Assembly: GCA_020344315.1 (NCBI GenBank) | Contig: CP070820.1 | Location: forward strand, 30,682-94,681 | Direction: 5' to 3' | DNA from: Candidatus Bathyarchaeum sp. | GTDB lineage: Archaea > Thermoproteota > Bathyarchaeia > Bathyarchaeales > Bathyarchaeaceae | DNA: 64,000 bases | Shown here: positions 29,759 through 38,705 of the stretch, in pieces | Numbering within the stretch: the first letter of the stretch is position 1 | How the letters are laid out: every line of letters begins with the position of its first letter | Program-made: the position numbers and the translations under genes | Notes under the pieces: model-generated | The model's database searches: none | What the model saw: only the letters and a program-made list of their open reading frames with translations | Told to the model about the DNA's origin: nothing

Positions 29759-30433
29759 ATGAGGGTTGTGGTTCGTGTCGGCGGTTCTGTTGTGGGTTCT
29801 CCTCTCAACGCTTCCTTAATAGGTAGATACGTTGATTTGTTGAAGAAATTGAGGGAGCAGGGACATGAGGTTGTTGCTGTTGTTGGCGGCGGCTCCCTAG
29901 CAAGAGAGTTCATCAGGGTAGCTGCTGATCTGGGTTTGGTGGAGGCTGATAGGGATTGGACTGCAATTCATGTCTCGCGTCTCTTCGCTAGGTTATTTGT
30001 GTTGTGTTTGGGTGAGGCTAGCTGTGGAAATGTGTCATTTACGTTGGGTGATGCTGTTGATTGCTTGAAGCAGGGTAATGTTGTTGTTATGGGTGGTTTA
30101 CGTCCGGGCATGACAACAGATGCTGTGGCTGCCTTGGTTGGTGAGAGGGTGAAGGCTGATTTGTTGGTGAAGGCTTCGAATGTAGATGGAATATTCACCA
30201 AGGACCCGAAGAAATTTCCTGATGCAGAGAAGCTATATGAGTTAGGGTTTGATGATCTTGAACGGCTTTTTGAGGAGGATCGACATAAGGCGGGGATTCA
30301 TCAGATTCTTGATCCTGAGGCTGTTAGGATTCTTCGCAGGACTAGATTGAGGACTGTGGTGGTTAATGGTTTTGATGCAAAGAATGTGTTGTCTGCGGTG
30401 AAGGGGGAGCGGGTTGGAACCGTTATTGAGTGA
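29759..30433 (+). CDS. pyrH: UMP kinase (archaeal type)
   Basis: MRVVVRVGGSV...VVAVVGGGSLAREF...GGLRPGMTTDAVAA...VDGIFTKDP. Confidence 0.9.
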   Translation: MRVVVRVGGSVVGSPLNASLIGRYVDLLKKLREQGHEVVAVVGGGSLAREFIRVAADLGLVEADRDWTAIHVSRLFARLFVLCLGEASCGNVSFTLGDAVDCLKQGNVVVMGGLRPGMTTDAVAALVGERVKADLLVKASNVDGIFTKDPKKFPDAEKLYELGFDDLERLFEEDRHKAGIHQILDPEAVRILRRTRLRTVVVNGFDAKNVLSAVKGERVGTVIE

Positions 30434-30487
30434 GGCCGTTTTAGGTAAGGCTTAAATGAATTATTTTGTTTCTTCTGTTAAGATGGG

Positions 30488-30592
30488 GCGGCGGTAGCGA
30501 AGCCAGGTCAAACGCGGAGGACTCAAGATCAGCGCTGGTGAGCAATCCTCTCCCGTAGGGGTTCGCAGGTTCGATTCCTGCCCGCCGCACCA
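30488..30592 (+). tRNA. tRNA-Leu(CAA): tRNA-Leu(CAA) with a 17-nt intron after position 37 and an encoded CCA
   Basis: Hand-folded. The acceptor is GCGGCGG/CCGCCGC. The anticodon stem is GAGGA/UCCUC with loop CU-CAA-G[intron 30528-30544]A. There is a long variable arm UCCCGUAGGGGUUC and a T arm GCAGG-UUCGAUU-CCUGC. The mature length is 85 nt. Confidence 0.85.
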
Positions 30593-30642
30593 CCATTGTT
30601 GTGCGAATTCTTATATGAAAAGACAGCAGATAATGTACTTTT

Positions 30643-31410
30643 ATGTTGTTTAAGAAACCGGTTTTCTTGCAGAGCATCAACATCATTGCTTTCCTTGCCA
30701 CGGTTGCAGTTAACATGCTAGCTGGAAGCACAACATTACTGAATGGGGTAACGAGCGGAGAGGTCTCTGACATCTATCCAACGTTGATCACTCCAGCAGG
30801 TTTCACATTCGCGATATGGGGCATCATCTACACGCTTCTGCTAATCTTCATTGTCTACCAAGTCATGCCCAAAAACAGAGATCAACCATTCCTAAAGCAG
30901 ATCGGCATCCTCTTTGCCTTGAGCGGCATCTGGAACATCTCCTGGCTGTTCCTGTGGCACTACGAATTAATCACCTACAGCCTAATTCTGATGCTTGCGC
31001 TCTTGGCAACTTTAATCAGCATCTATCGACGCCTCAACATCGGCAAAGTCAAAGTCTCCCTCAAAGAAAGATTAGCTGTGCACCTTCCCTTCAGCGTTTA
31101 CTTGGGATGGATAAGCATCGCCACCATAGCAAACGTGTCTGTAGCCTTAACAGTAATAGGCTGGGATGGCTGGGGCATTGAACCTGTCACATGGGCTGTA
31201 GCTATAATTGCTATAGCGCTACTTCTATCCATGGTTATCCTCGCAACAAGAAAAGACATAGCATATAGCCTCGTCGTAATCTGGGCTCTAGCTGGCATAA
31301 TGGCAAAACAGATAGATTACCAAAATATCGTGTTGGCAACAGAAGTAAGCATAGCGATTCTCCTCATTGCTATTGCAGCAACAGCTGTTGTTTCAAAACT
31401 TCGGCGATGA
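30643..31410 (+). CDS. Polytopic membrane protein, TspO/MBR-related (tryptophan-rich) family
   Basis: The N-terminal motif NGVTSGEVSDIYPTLITPAGFTFAIWGIIY recurs in proteins annotated as TspO/MBR-like. About 8 TM helices. Assignment is tentative. Confidence 0.45.
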   Translation: MLFKKPVFLQSINIIAFLATVAVNMLAGSTTLLNGVTSGEVSDIYPTLITPAGFTFAIWGIIYTLLLIFIVYQVMPKNRDQPFLKQIGILFALSGIWNISWLFLWHYELITYSLILMLALLATLISIYRRLNIGKVKVSLKERLAVHLPFSVYLGWISIATIANVSVALTVIGWDGWGIEPVTWAVAIIAIALLLSMVILATRKDIAYSLVVIWALAGIMAKQIDYQNIVLATEVSIAILLIAIAATAVVSKLRR

Positions 31411-31440
31411 GTAATCCGTAGTAATGGAGCAAAAGATGGC

Positions 31441-32823
31441 TTGCCAAAGAAGACCAAGATTATTTGTACGATCGGTCCCGCCAGCCTACAAACTGAAACT
31501 CTAGAAGAAATGTATCGGGCGGGTATGAATTGTGCTAGGATAAACACTGCTTATGGAGACCTTAACCGGTACAAGCGGATTGTGGATAACGTTCGGAAAA
31601 TAGCCGACATACCGGTGATGATTGACCTGAAGGGACCAGAAATAAGGCTCCATGTTACCAAGGACAGAACTGTTAAGAAAGGTGACATGTTATACGTCGG
31701 CTTTAACAAACAACCTATCAGCTTCAACCACAACTTCATCGAGCGAATAAACATAGGCGACATAATCTACATTGACAACGGCAGGATCAAGACAGAAGTA
31801 ATCGAAAAGACAGATGAAACTCTTCGGTTGTCAGTGATTAACGGCGGCGAAATAGCTAACGGCAGAGGCGTCAACATTCCAAACAAGCAGCTCTCAGTTC
31901 CAACCCTCTCACCAAGAGACAGGAAGATCATCGAGTTCGCGAAAGAATTTGAGATTGAATATTTGGCTCTCTCCTTCACAAGAAGCGCCAAAGACATAGC
32001 TAACTTGAGAGTAGCTGCTGAAGGATTCAAGGGAGCAGTAGTTGCTAAGATCGAAAATTTTGAGGGAATCAGAAACTTCGGGGAAATCCTAGGCGCATCT
32101 GAGGCCGTTATGGTTGCGCGGGGTGATCTCGGCGTTGAAATAGAGGCTGAAAGGGTTCCGTTGGTTCAGAAGTCTCTGATTCGCCAGTGCAATCAGGCAG
32201 GAAAGACAGTTGTTACCGCAACGGAGATGCTGGAATCTATGATGCACCAGCCATCCCCCACCAGAGCCGAAGTAAGCGACGTAGCCAACGCAATATTGGA
32301 TGGAACAGACGCAACAATGCTTTCGGGAGAGACCGCAGTTGGTGAGTATCAGGTAGAGTCTGTCGCTATGATGGCTCGCATAGCCTTAGAGGCTGAAAAG
32401 GCAGCGAAAAGCAGTGTGGAAGACGGGGGGTTCCTTAACATTTCAGATACTGTAAGCAGGTCCATTCAGAGTATATGCCAGAACATGCCCTTAGACAAGA
32501 TAGTTACCTTAACCCGCTCAGGCTACACGGCTAAGCTGATTACCAGATTCAAGGTTCCGCAGCCGATAATTGCTGTTACGCCTGAACATGCTGTTAAGAA
32601 GCAACTGGAGCTAGTCTATGGCGTCTATCCAGTACACCATGATTACCGCAAAGAGAAGGACCGGATACTGGCTGTCGCAAACAAACTTCACTCCATGAAG
32701 CTGCTAGACGATAAGGATACAGTGCTCTTCACAGCAGCCTTCAGAACAAGAATGAAACACGCAAGCAACCTCATTGAAATCCACAACATCAAAGAACTTC
32801 TGGACTTCACAAGAAAAAACTGA
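31441..32823 (+). CDS. pyk: Pyruvate kinase
   Basis: KTKIICTIGPAS...NCARINTAYG...MVARGDLGVEI...ATEMLESM motifs. TTG start. Confidence 0.9.
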   Translation: MPKKTKIICTIGPASLQTETLEEMYRAGMNCARINTAYGDLNRYKRIVDNVRKIADIPVMIDLKGPEIRLHVTKDRTVKKGDMLYVGFNKQPISFNHNFIERINIGDIIYIDNGRIKTEVIEKTDETLRLSVINGGEIANGRGVNIPNKQLSVPTLSPRDRKIIEFAKEFEIEYLALSFTRSAKDIANLRVAAEGFKGAVVAKIENFEGIRNFGEILGASEAVMVARGDLGVEIEAERVPLVQKSLIRQCNQAGKTVVTATEMLESMMHQPSPTRAEVSDVANAILDGTDATMLSGETAVGEYQVESVAMMARIALEAEKAAKSSVEDGGFLNISDTVSRSIQSICQNMPLDKIVTLTRSGYTAKLITRFKVPQPIIAVTPEHAVKKQLELVYGVYPVHHDYRKEKDRILAVANKLHSMKLLDDKDTVLFTAAFRTRMKHASNLIEIHNIKELLDFTRKN

Positions 32824-32833
32824 ACCAGCCAAT

Positions 32834-32886
32834 CATATTAGGCGCCTAATAGCAGCAGCATGTTGAAATCAGTCTTTTTTCTGGAA
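32834..32886 (+). repeat. Direct repeat copy A (partner at 34491-34543)
   Basis: CATATT-N5-CCTAATAGCAGCAGCATGTTGAAATCAGTCTTTTTTCTGGAA. The 42-nt core matches copy B at about 34 of 42 positions by hand alignment. It contains the palindrome ATTAGGCGCCTAAT. Confidence 0.7.
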
Positions 32887-32926
32887 CGGATATGCGCCAA
32901 CTGCGACGAAAATGTTGTCACAGTTG

Positions 32927-33286
32927 TCAGCTGGTCGCAGAACCTAACATATCTCTTAGGAGACCTAGAATTTTACCGTTTGCGCTTGCTACAGTTCTCA
33001 GGGTTTCTTCTCCCTTCTCGGTTAAGGCATATACTCTCTTCCGACTGAACATTTTTCCTGCCACTAAACAATTCCTCTCTAAAGAGAACAGTAGAGAATA
33101 AACTGATCCTGGACTGAAATAGACATCGAACCTTTTACGAAGAAGGCCAACAATATCATATCCACTTAACGGTCTCTCCTGATCTTCAGCCAAGACAAAT
33201 AAATCGAGGAATGATTTGATTACTCGTTTTCGTAACTTCTTAACATTTTCATTTCCTTTAACTGGTTCCAAATGAAATCCATCCAA
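32927..33286 (-). CDS. PadR-family transcriptional regulator
   Basis: LDLFVLAEDQERPLSGYDIVGLLRKRF...SPGSVYSLLFSLERNCLV...YALTEKGEE is a typical PadR wHTH. Confidence 0.8.
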   Translation of the reverse strand: MDGFHLEPVKGNENVKKLRKRVIKSFLDLFVLAEDQERPLSGYDIVGLLRKRFDVYFSPGSVYSLLFSLERNCLVAGKMFSRKRVYALTEKGEETLRTVASANGKILGLLRDMLGSATS

Positions 33287-33294
33287 GTTTCGAC

Positions 33295-33714
33295 TTACAG
33301 ATTCTTCATTTCTCCTGAATCGTTTACAGCTTTCTCTATCTGTTCTTTCAGTAAAGAAAAAACAACCTTCGTTTCACCAGACTTTCCAACAAATCCGTTG
33401 GCGCCTGCGTTAAAGGCCTTACGAGCTGTCTCCTTATCTCCGGTTACAGTAAACACTATGAATGGAACATTATAGTTGCTTTCTCGGAGTGCTTTAAGAA
33501 ACTCGAAGCCGTCTGTCCCCGGCATATTAACATCACATATGATTACATCAGGTTTCTTCTTCGTCATCTTTTCAAAAGCTTCATCAACTGAGGAAGCCGA
33601 TTCTATGACAAAGTCACCCTGCAGGTTAAGACACTTTTTTGCACTTTTAAGGAACGATCTATCGTCATCTATGTGTAGAACTTGAATCGGCTCTTCATCA
33701 GTAGGGGGTTGCAT
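33295..33714 (-). CDS. Stand-alone response-regulator receiver domain (CheY-like)
   Basis: IQVLHIDDD...PDVIICDVNMPGTDGFEFL...VPFIVFTVTGD...GANGFVGK carries the acidic pocket, the phospho-Asp and the conserved T/K positions. Confidence 0.85.
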   Translation of the reverse strand: MQPPTDEEPIQVLHIDDDRSFLKSAKKCLNLQGDFVIESASSVDEAFEKMTKKKPDVIICDVNMPGTDGFEFLKALRESNYNVPFIVFTVTGDKETARKAFNAGANGFVGKSGETKVVFSLLKEQIEKAVNDSGEMKNL

Positions 33715-33835
33715 TTTTTATCTTGAATCGTGGCTTATTTGAGACTATAAAAAGATGATGTGCACAACAGTTCGTGAATGCATCATAAGTGTTAAATCAT
33801 AACACATTGTAACAAATTATGGGAGGGGAGATCGC

Positions 33836-34375
33836 TTGTCTTTTCCAGAAAAAAGAAGAACAATTAGTCGTTCATTCCGAATAGATGAAGAGTGGATGGA
33901 AGCCTTGCATGAGGAGGCTGAAAGAGAGGGAATCAGCGTCAACGCTCTTATGAACAAGATCCTGCAACAATATTCTCGCAATTACAGACATGCTGGACGT
34001 TATGGTGTGGTGATTTTGACACGTCCCACATTTGCTTCGATAATAAGGTCCTGTTCAAACGAGGCTTTAACCGAAACAGCGAAAGCATCAGGTTCCACAC
34101 GCACCAAAGACGCGTTACGAACACTGGGAATCCCTTCAACCCATGATTCGCTGGTAGCTTTCATAAGGGATAACCTTGGCGAATATGCAGGCTGGTTCAA
34201 GTTTAATCATCATATCACGGAAAATAAAGAAATGCTTCACTTACGGCATGTTTTTGGTAATAAATGGAGCATCTTCATAGCTGAAGCAATATCTACAATG
34301 TTCGAGTTCATCCTGAACAAAAAGGTAACAACCGAAATTTCGAACTTTACTGCAACCATAACAATTGACAGATAA
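33836..34375 (+). CDS. Ribbon-helix-helix (CopG/Arc-like) N-terminal domain protein
   Basis: RRTISRSFRIDEEWMEALHEEAEREGISVNALMNKILQQY is a canonical RHH. The C-terminal 120 aa are unassigned. TTG start follows GGGAGGGGAG. Confidence 0.5.
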   Translation: MSFPEKRRTISRSFRIDEEWMEALHEEAEREGISVNALMNKILQQYSRNYRHAGRYGVVILTRPTFASIIRSCSNEALTETAKASGSTRTKDALRTLGIPSTHDSLVAFIRDNLGEYAGWFKFNHHITENKEMLHLRHVFGNKWSIFIAEAISTMFEFILNKKVTTEISNFTATITIDR

Positions 34376-34490
34376 GACACGAACAGTTACTCCCCCTTCC
34401 CACCTTTTGCCAAGACAGAGATGACCAGGTAAACATTCTACGCTATTTTTCATGACCACTACACAAAACAGAAACGAACAACTATCCCCC

Positions 34491-34543
34491 CATATTTGAA
34501 CCCTAATAACAGCAGTATGTTGAAAACAGCTTTTTTCCAGAAA
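34491..34543 (+). repeat. Direct repeat copy B (partner at 32834-32886)
   Basis: CATATT-N5-CCTAATAACAGCAGTATGTTGAAAACAGCTTTTTTCCAGAAA, in the convergent gap between the RHH gene and flpA. Confidence 0.7.
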
Positions 34544-34574
34544 ATCTTGCCCGCCATAAAATCTCACGGGATAA

Positions 34575-35267
34575 TCATTTCTGAGCAACAACCATAGCAT
34601 GTGCCTTGTCATAGGGTTCAAGATAAACAACCTCAGCGACCCTGAACCCCCTAGCCTCCATAACACCTATCTCTCTCTCATAAACCACAGACGGCTCCTT
34701 CGTCACATCAATACTCTGAGCCTTAATCGCCAACATAACCCAACCCCCATCCCCCAGAAACATGTCAGCATTATCCGCCAAAACCTGAGCCTGCTCAGGC
34801 TGAGCCACATCACAATAAACATCATCCACCCGCCCCACCAGCCGTGAATAGGTCTCCGGCAACCTCGCATCCGCCAATATAGGCGACATGTTATAGCGGA
34901 AAGTGGCTACGTTGTTGACGAGCTCTCTCAGGGAACGCGAAGCGAACTCTACACCGTATACCTGACCTCCTTCGCCAACGATGTCAGAGACGTGACTCGC
35001 AGTCGTTCCTGAAGCCGCCCCCAGATACAATACTCTGTGCAGAGGCTGGATGGGAACAGTCTCTAAACCCTTGAATATAGCGGCAGCCAACTTGCTTCTG
35101 TAAGGATCCCAGAGCCTATATTCAATTCTTCTAAACTTGATGAGACGCTCTCCATAAACAGAGTTACCAGCAGCTAAGTTCTTGGTAGCTAACTTTCGAG
35201 TGCCATCCTCCAGAGTGACCCAATAAATCTCTGGAAAACGGGGGTGCTGCTTAACTTCCACGACCAC
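34575..35267 (-). CDS. flpA: Fibrillarin-like rRNA/tRNA 2'-O-methyltransferase
   Basis: YGERLI...YRLWDPYRSKLAAAI...VLYLGAASGTTASHVSDIV...VYGVEF. A GTG at 35267 (or 35261) is the likely start. It overlaps the nop5 stop, which is the classic nop5-flpA operon arrangement. Confidence 0.9.
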   Translation of the reverse strand: MVVEVKQHPRFPEIYWVTLEDGTRKLATKNLAAGNSVYGERLIKFRRIEYRLWDPYRSKLAAAIFKGLETVPIQPLHRVLYLGAASGTTASHVSDIVGEGGQVYGVEFASRSLRELVNNVATFRYNMSPILADARLPETYSRLVGRVDDVYCDVAQPEQAQVLADNADMFLGDGGWVMLAIKAQSIDVTKEPSVVYEREIGVMEARGFRVAEVVYLEPYDKAHAMVVAQK

Positions 35268-36480
35268 GTTTCTTTCTCCGCGGACGCTTACTAACTGGGG
35301 ACTTCTTGGGAGGCGGAGGCTTCTCATACCTCTCCTTAATCTCCTCGATTCTCTTCTCGAGGTCGGCTTTCAAATCGTCCCCTACATACTTACCTCTGAA
35401 AGCATCAACCCTAGCGGCTATACTCAATTTCCCAGCCAAGGCCCGAGCAATCTTACCTCTCTGCCAACGCCTAGCATCGTGAATAAGGGGATGCTGAAAG
35501 ATTAGCCCGTGTTTAGGGGGGCGCGCTTTTGTCTTCAACGATCTAAAGAGGGCCTTCTCAGCTCCCAAGACTTGAATTGTACTTGCCGGCAACTTAGCTA
35601 GGTTTAGCAATCCTCCGGCAAGTGCCACTAGGCGGGCTCCCAAGAGTGAACCACCTATGCTCCGGGTGTTTGGTGCAACTTCCTCCATAACCGAGTCCAC
35701 ATACTTCTCTAACGCTTGTCGCACATCATAGAGGCCACGGACATTTCTGCACATGGTTTGAATCTGATCTAGGTCTTCCTCGCCTAAATCGGCACCCATA
35801 GAAGCCGCAGCAATCTCAGCTATCTTCTGAGCTTTAGCTTTTGGCAGACCCTCGCTCTCTAGGCTCTCAGCAGTGAAGTTTTCTCTTGTTCCGAGGTTAA
35901 CTACGAGACGGGCGTAGGTCTCATGCTTCTCAATCATCCTATCCAACTCCGGATAGTGGAGCCCAAACCACTCCCGTAACCTGCTCATGAAAAGATTCAA
36001 CGATTTATCCAGGTCGTCTACGGCTTGGACCGCCTGCGCCATCAGTAAATCTCGCCTCTCAACGGTCTTCTTCACCTTCATCTTAGCAAGTTCCATAGAA
36101 ACCTTGTGAACCCACACGCGAAGCTGCTCCGGCTTTTTCACAAACTTCAACTCCACGGCAAACTTTTCCAAGTCTTCGCGAAGCCTCTTACCGGCTTCTG
36201 AAGAGAATTCCGTAGCCACTTCGATGTTCAGCTTCTCCCGGGCATTCTGAGCCATTTTCTGGTTCTCAAAAACAAAGCTGGTGTAGCCCTTGTCCCGCAA
36301 TTTTTTAACTAGGATTTCAATTTCTTCGATTAGCTCTCCTGTTTCTATCTTCTGAAGCTTCTCTGCTGTTTTCAGCGAGTTTTTGGAGAAGAAGATTTTT
36401 TCAACGAGTTTGTTCTCTTCGTTGAAGCCAAAAACTCCGATTACTGATTCTACTATTGTGACTTTCACAGGTTTTTCCAT
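35251..36480 (-). CDS. nop5: C/D box sRNP protein Nop5 (Nop56/58)
   Basis: Coiled-coil middle region. Nop domain: LLGARLVALAGGLLNLAKLPASTIQVLGAEKALFR...PKHGLIFQHP. Lys/Arg-rich tail. Confidence 0.9.
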   Translation of the reverse strand: MEKPVKVTIVESVIGVFGFNEENKLVEKIFFSKNSLKTAEKLQKIETGELIEEIEILVKKLRDKGYTSFVFENQKMAQNAREKLNIEVATEFSSEAGKRLREDLEKFAVELKFVKKPEQLRVWVHKVSMELAKMKVKKTVERRDLLMAQAVQAVDDLDKSLNLFMSRLREWFGLHYPELDRMIEKHETYARLVVNLGTRENFTAESLESEGLPKAKAQKIAEIAAASMGADLGEEDLDQIQTMCRNVRGLYDVRQALEKYVDSVMEEVAPNTRSIGGSLLGARLVALAGGLLNLAKLPASTIQVLGAEKALFRSLKTKARPPKHGLIFQHPLIHDARRWQRGKIARALAGKLSIAARVDAFRGKYVGDDLKADLEKRIEEIKERYEKPPPPKKSPVSKRPRRKKRGRGS

Positions 36481-36559
36481 CCATTATTGAATTGTGTTAG
36501 TGTACGTTTCCTAACCTTTATCTTTGCAGTGGATAACTTTTACTGCGAGAGTGTGAGGG

Positions 36560-37474
36560 ATGACGAGGCGTCTTGTTACTGAATTATGTGGACTGGAGCT
36601 TGCTAATCCAACTATGCTCGCCGCGGGAATCTTAGGGTACACGGAATCAAGTATGAAGAGCATAATAGAAGCGGGAGCCGGAGCTGTAGTCACAAAATCT
36701 TTGGGGCTGGAACCACGAAATGGCTATCCTAACCCCACCGTTGTTCAGGTTGACTGCGGCTTGCTCAACGCCATGGGATTACCAAACCCGGGAATCAACT
36801 ACTTTAGCGAGGAGCTAAAGGAGTTGAAGAACACAGGAGTTCCCATAATCGTGAGCATCTACGGTTTCTCATCCAAGGAATTCGCCAAAGTTGCTGAGAC
36901 TGCAGTTAGTTTAGGGGCTGATGCTCTGGAGTTGAATGTCTCCTGTCCCCATGTAGAGAAGGGGGGAGCTGAAATTGGATGTGACGCCTCGTTGCTGGCG
37001 GAAGTTGTGGGGGAAGTGAAGAAGAGGGTTGACAGGCCAGTGTTTGTGAAGTTGACTCCTAACGTGGCAGACATAGGTGCGATGGCGGGGGCTGCGGTGG
37101 AGGCTGGGGCAGACGCCATAACCGCCATAAACACCGTGAAGGCTATGGCTATAGAGGTTGAGACAGCTAGACCGCTTCTTGCCAACAAGTTCGGCGGATT
37201 GTCCGGACCAGCCATAAAACCCATCGCCGTCAGAGCCGTTTATGATGTCTACCGCACAGTTGATGTTCCAGTCATCGGTTGCGGTGGAATAACCAGTTGG
37301 CAGGACGTCGTGGAATTCATGCTAGCTGGAGCGTCAGCGGTTCAGATAGGAACAGCCATCGCCTACAAAGGACTAGACATCTTCAAGTCTGTCACCAGAG
37401 GCATCAACACATACCTTAAGAAAAAGGGCTACAAGAACATAAAAGAGATTGTTGGTCTAGCCCACAAATTCTAG
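36560..37474 (+). CDS. pyrD: Dihydroorotate dehydrogenase, class 1B catalytic subunit
   Basis: LANPTMLAAGILG...VVTKSLGLEPRNGYPNP...NAMGLPNPG...LELNVSCPH...GGLSGPAIKPIA...IGCGGI. Confidence 0.9.
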   Translation: MTRRLVTELCGLELANPTMLAAGILGYTESSMKSIIEAGAGAVVTKSLGLEPRNGYPNPTVVQVDCGLLNAMGLPNPGINYFSEELKELKNTGVPIIVSIYGFSSKEFAKVAETAVSLGADALELNVSCPHVEKGGAEIGCDASLLAEVVGEVKKRVDRPVFVKLTPNVADIGAMAGAAVEAGADAITAINTVKAMAIEVETARPLLANKFGGLSGPAIKPIAVRAVYDVYRTVDVPVIGCGGITSWQDVVEFMLAGASAVQIGTAIAYKGLDIFKSVTRGINTYLKKKGYKNIKEIVGLAHKF

Positions 37475-37585
37475 AAAATATTTTGGCTTAGTTTTATAAT
37501 CGTCATAAAGCATGTTCTATATTTATTGCCAGCCTGACGTTACTTAATTTATATAAAAGAAAAAATGGATGGTTGATTGAAATGT

Positions 37586-38446
37586 TTAAGCAGTGTAGTA
37601 TTTCATATTCCTCGTTGCCCAATATTTATCGCTGTAGTACCAGTCACCAATCCTTCCGGCATTATCCTCATTGAGGATACTCATAACACTAGAGGTATCG
37701 GGATCATAGATTTCAACAAATATCCCGGTCCACCGATTATATTCAGTTATTCCAATGCCAATACTGTGCCCCAATTCATGCATCAAAACTACTGCTTCTG
37801 CCCCATAATCATCTATACCGTGATCAAGTGCCCAATCATCAGCACTTTCATCTGCAACATATATGTAATTGCCAGCTAACACATCAACTTTTTTCGGGTT
37901 GCGCATCGATACAAGCGTCAGGGCATATCCCATGATTTCTTGTTGGTCTTCCACAGTATTGCCGTATAGTACCCACTTATCTTTAAGGAAGAATTCTTCA
38001 TCGTAACCATCTCCGTCAGTGTCAATCCCATCTTGAGCTTTGTCAATATCATTATTGAAGTTACCTTCAATTATCCAGTATTCGGAGTTGCTAATCCCAT
38101 CTGTGATATCCACAGGGAGTCCATACAAATTATCAGCTGTGATCTCATCTAATAGAAAAGTCACGGTAATTCCACGTTCTCCATAATAACTTACAATAAA
38201 ATCTAAAACGATTGACGATGGAGTGTGATCTTCCAAGTAATCGATTTCGATGAACAGTTCATATGTTTCGGGCTCTTCGTCTGGCGGCTTCGGCTTATCC
38301 GATGGGGGACCAGGTATCCCGCCCTTAGCATCCAATCTAACAATTGATTCGTGAGAAGATGTTGCCAATGTTGGTGAAATAACGGTTGTTGATACCAACA
38401 AAAGCATTAAAGCCAGAAATGCCATCACAACGGTCTTTCGATTCAT
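37586..38446 (-). CDS. Secreted zinc metalloprotease-like protein (HExxH)
   Basis: Signal peptide MNRKTVVMAFLALMLLLVSTTVISPTLA. An acidic DTDGDGYDEE (calcium-site-like) segment. VLMHELGHSIGIG zincin motif. The ATG at 38446 is preferred. Confidence 0.55.
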   Translation of the reverse strand: MNRKTVVMAFLALMLLLVSTTVISPTLATSSHESIVRLDAKGGIPGPPSDKPKPPDEEPETYELFIEIDYLEDHTPSSIVLDFIVSYYGERGITVTFLLDEITADNLYGLPVDITDGISNSEYWIIEGNFNNDIDKAQDGIDTDGDGYDEEFFLKDKWVLYGNTVEDQQEIMGYALTLVSMRNPKKVDVLAGNYIYVADESADDWALDHGIDDYGAEAVVLMHELGHSIGIGITEYNRWTGIFVEIYDPDTSSVMSILNEDNAGRIGDWYYSDKYWATRNMKYYTA

Positions 38447-38705
38447 AGTTATCACAATTGTCCAATCATAATTATTCCATAAAAGAGTTGTGCCAGTATC
38501 CACAATCTATCAATCTGTGACAAATCCCATGTTCAAGAGTGTAGTATCGGAGTCCCCTGTCACTTCGAGGTGCGTGGCATTATATATTTAATGTGTATCA
38601 AATCTTTAAGAGGATACACCACAGTAAGGAAGGTCTTGGATAGAATTGACGGTTAATTTGCGAAATCGTTCCTCGGTGCCTTCAGCGTTTGATTCGGTTA
38701 ATCGC

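Noticed and set aside
30441-30773. 110-aa reverse-strand ORF.
   Set aside because: It is antisense to tRNA-Leu and to the start of the membrane-protein gene, and its sequence is not protein-like.
32860-33048. 62-aa + strand ORF beginning in repeat copy A (MLKSVFF...).
   Set aside because: Most of it is antisense to the PadR gene. Only the first 7 or so codons are shared with copy B, so the long frame is probably accidental.
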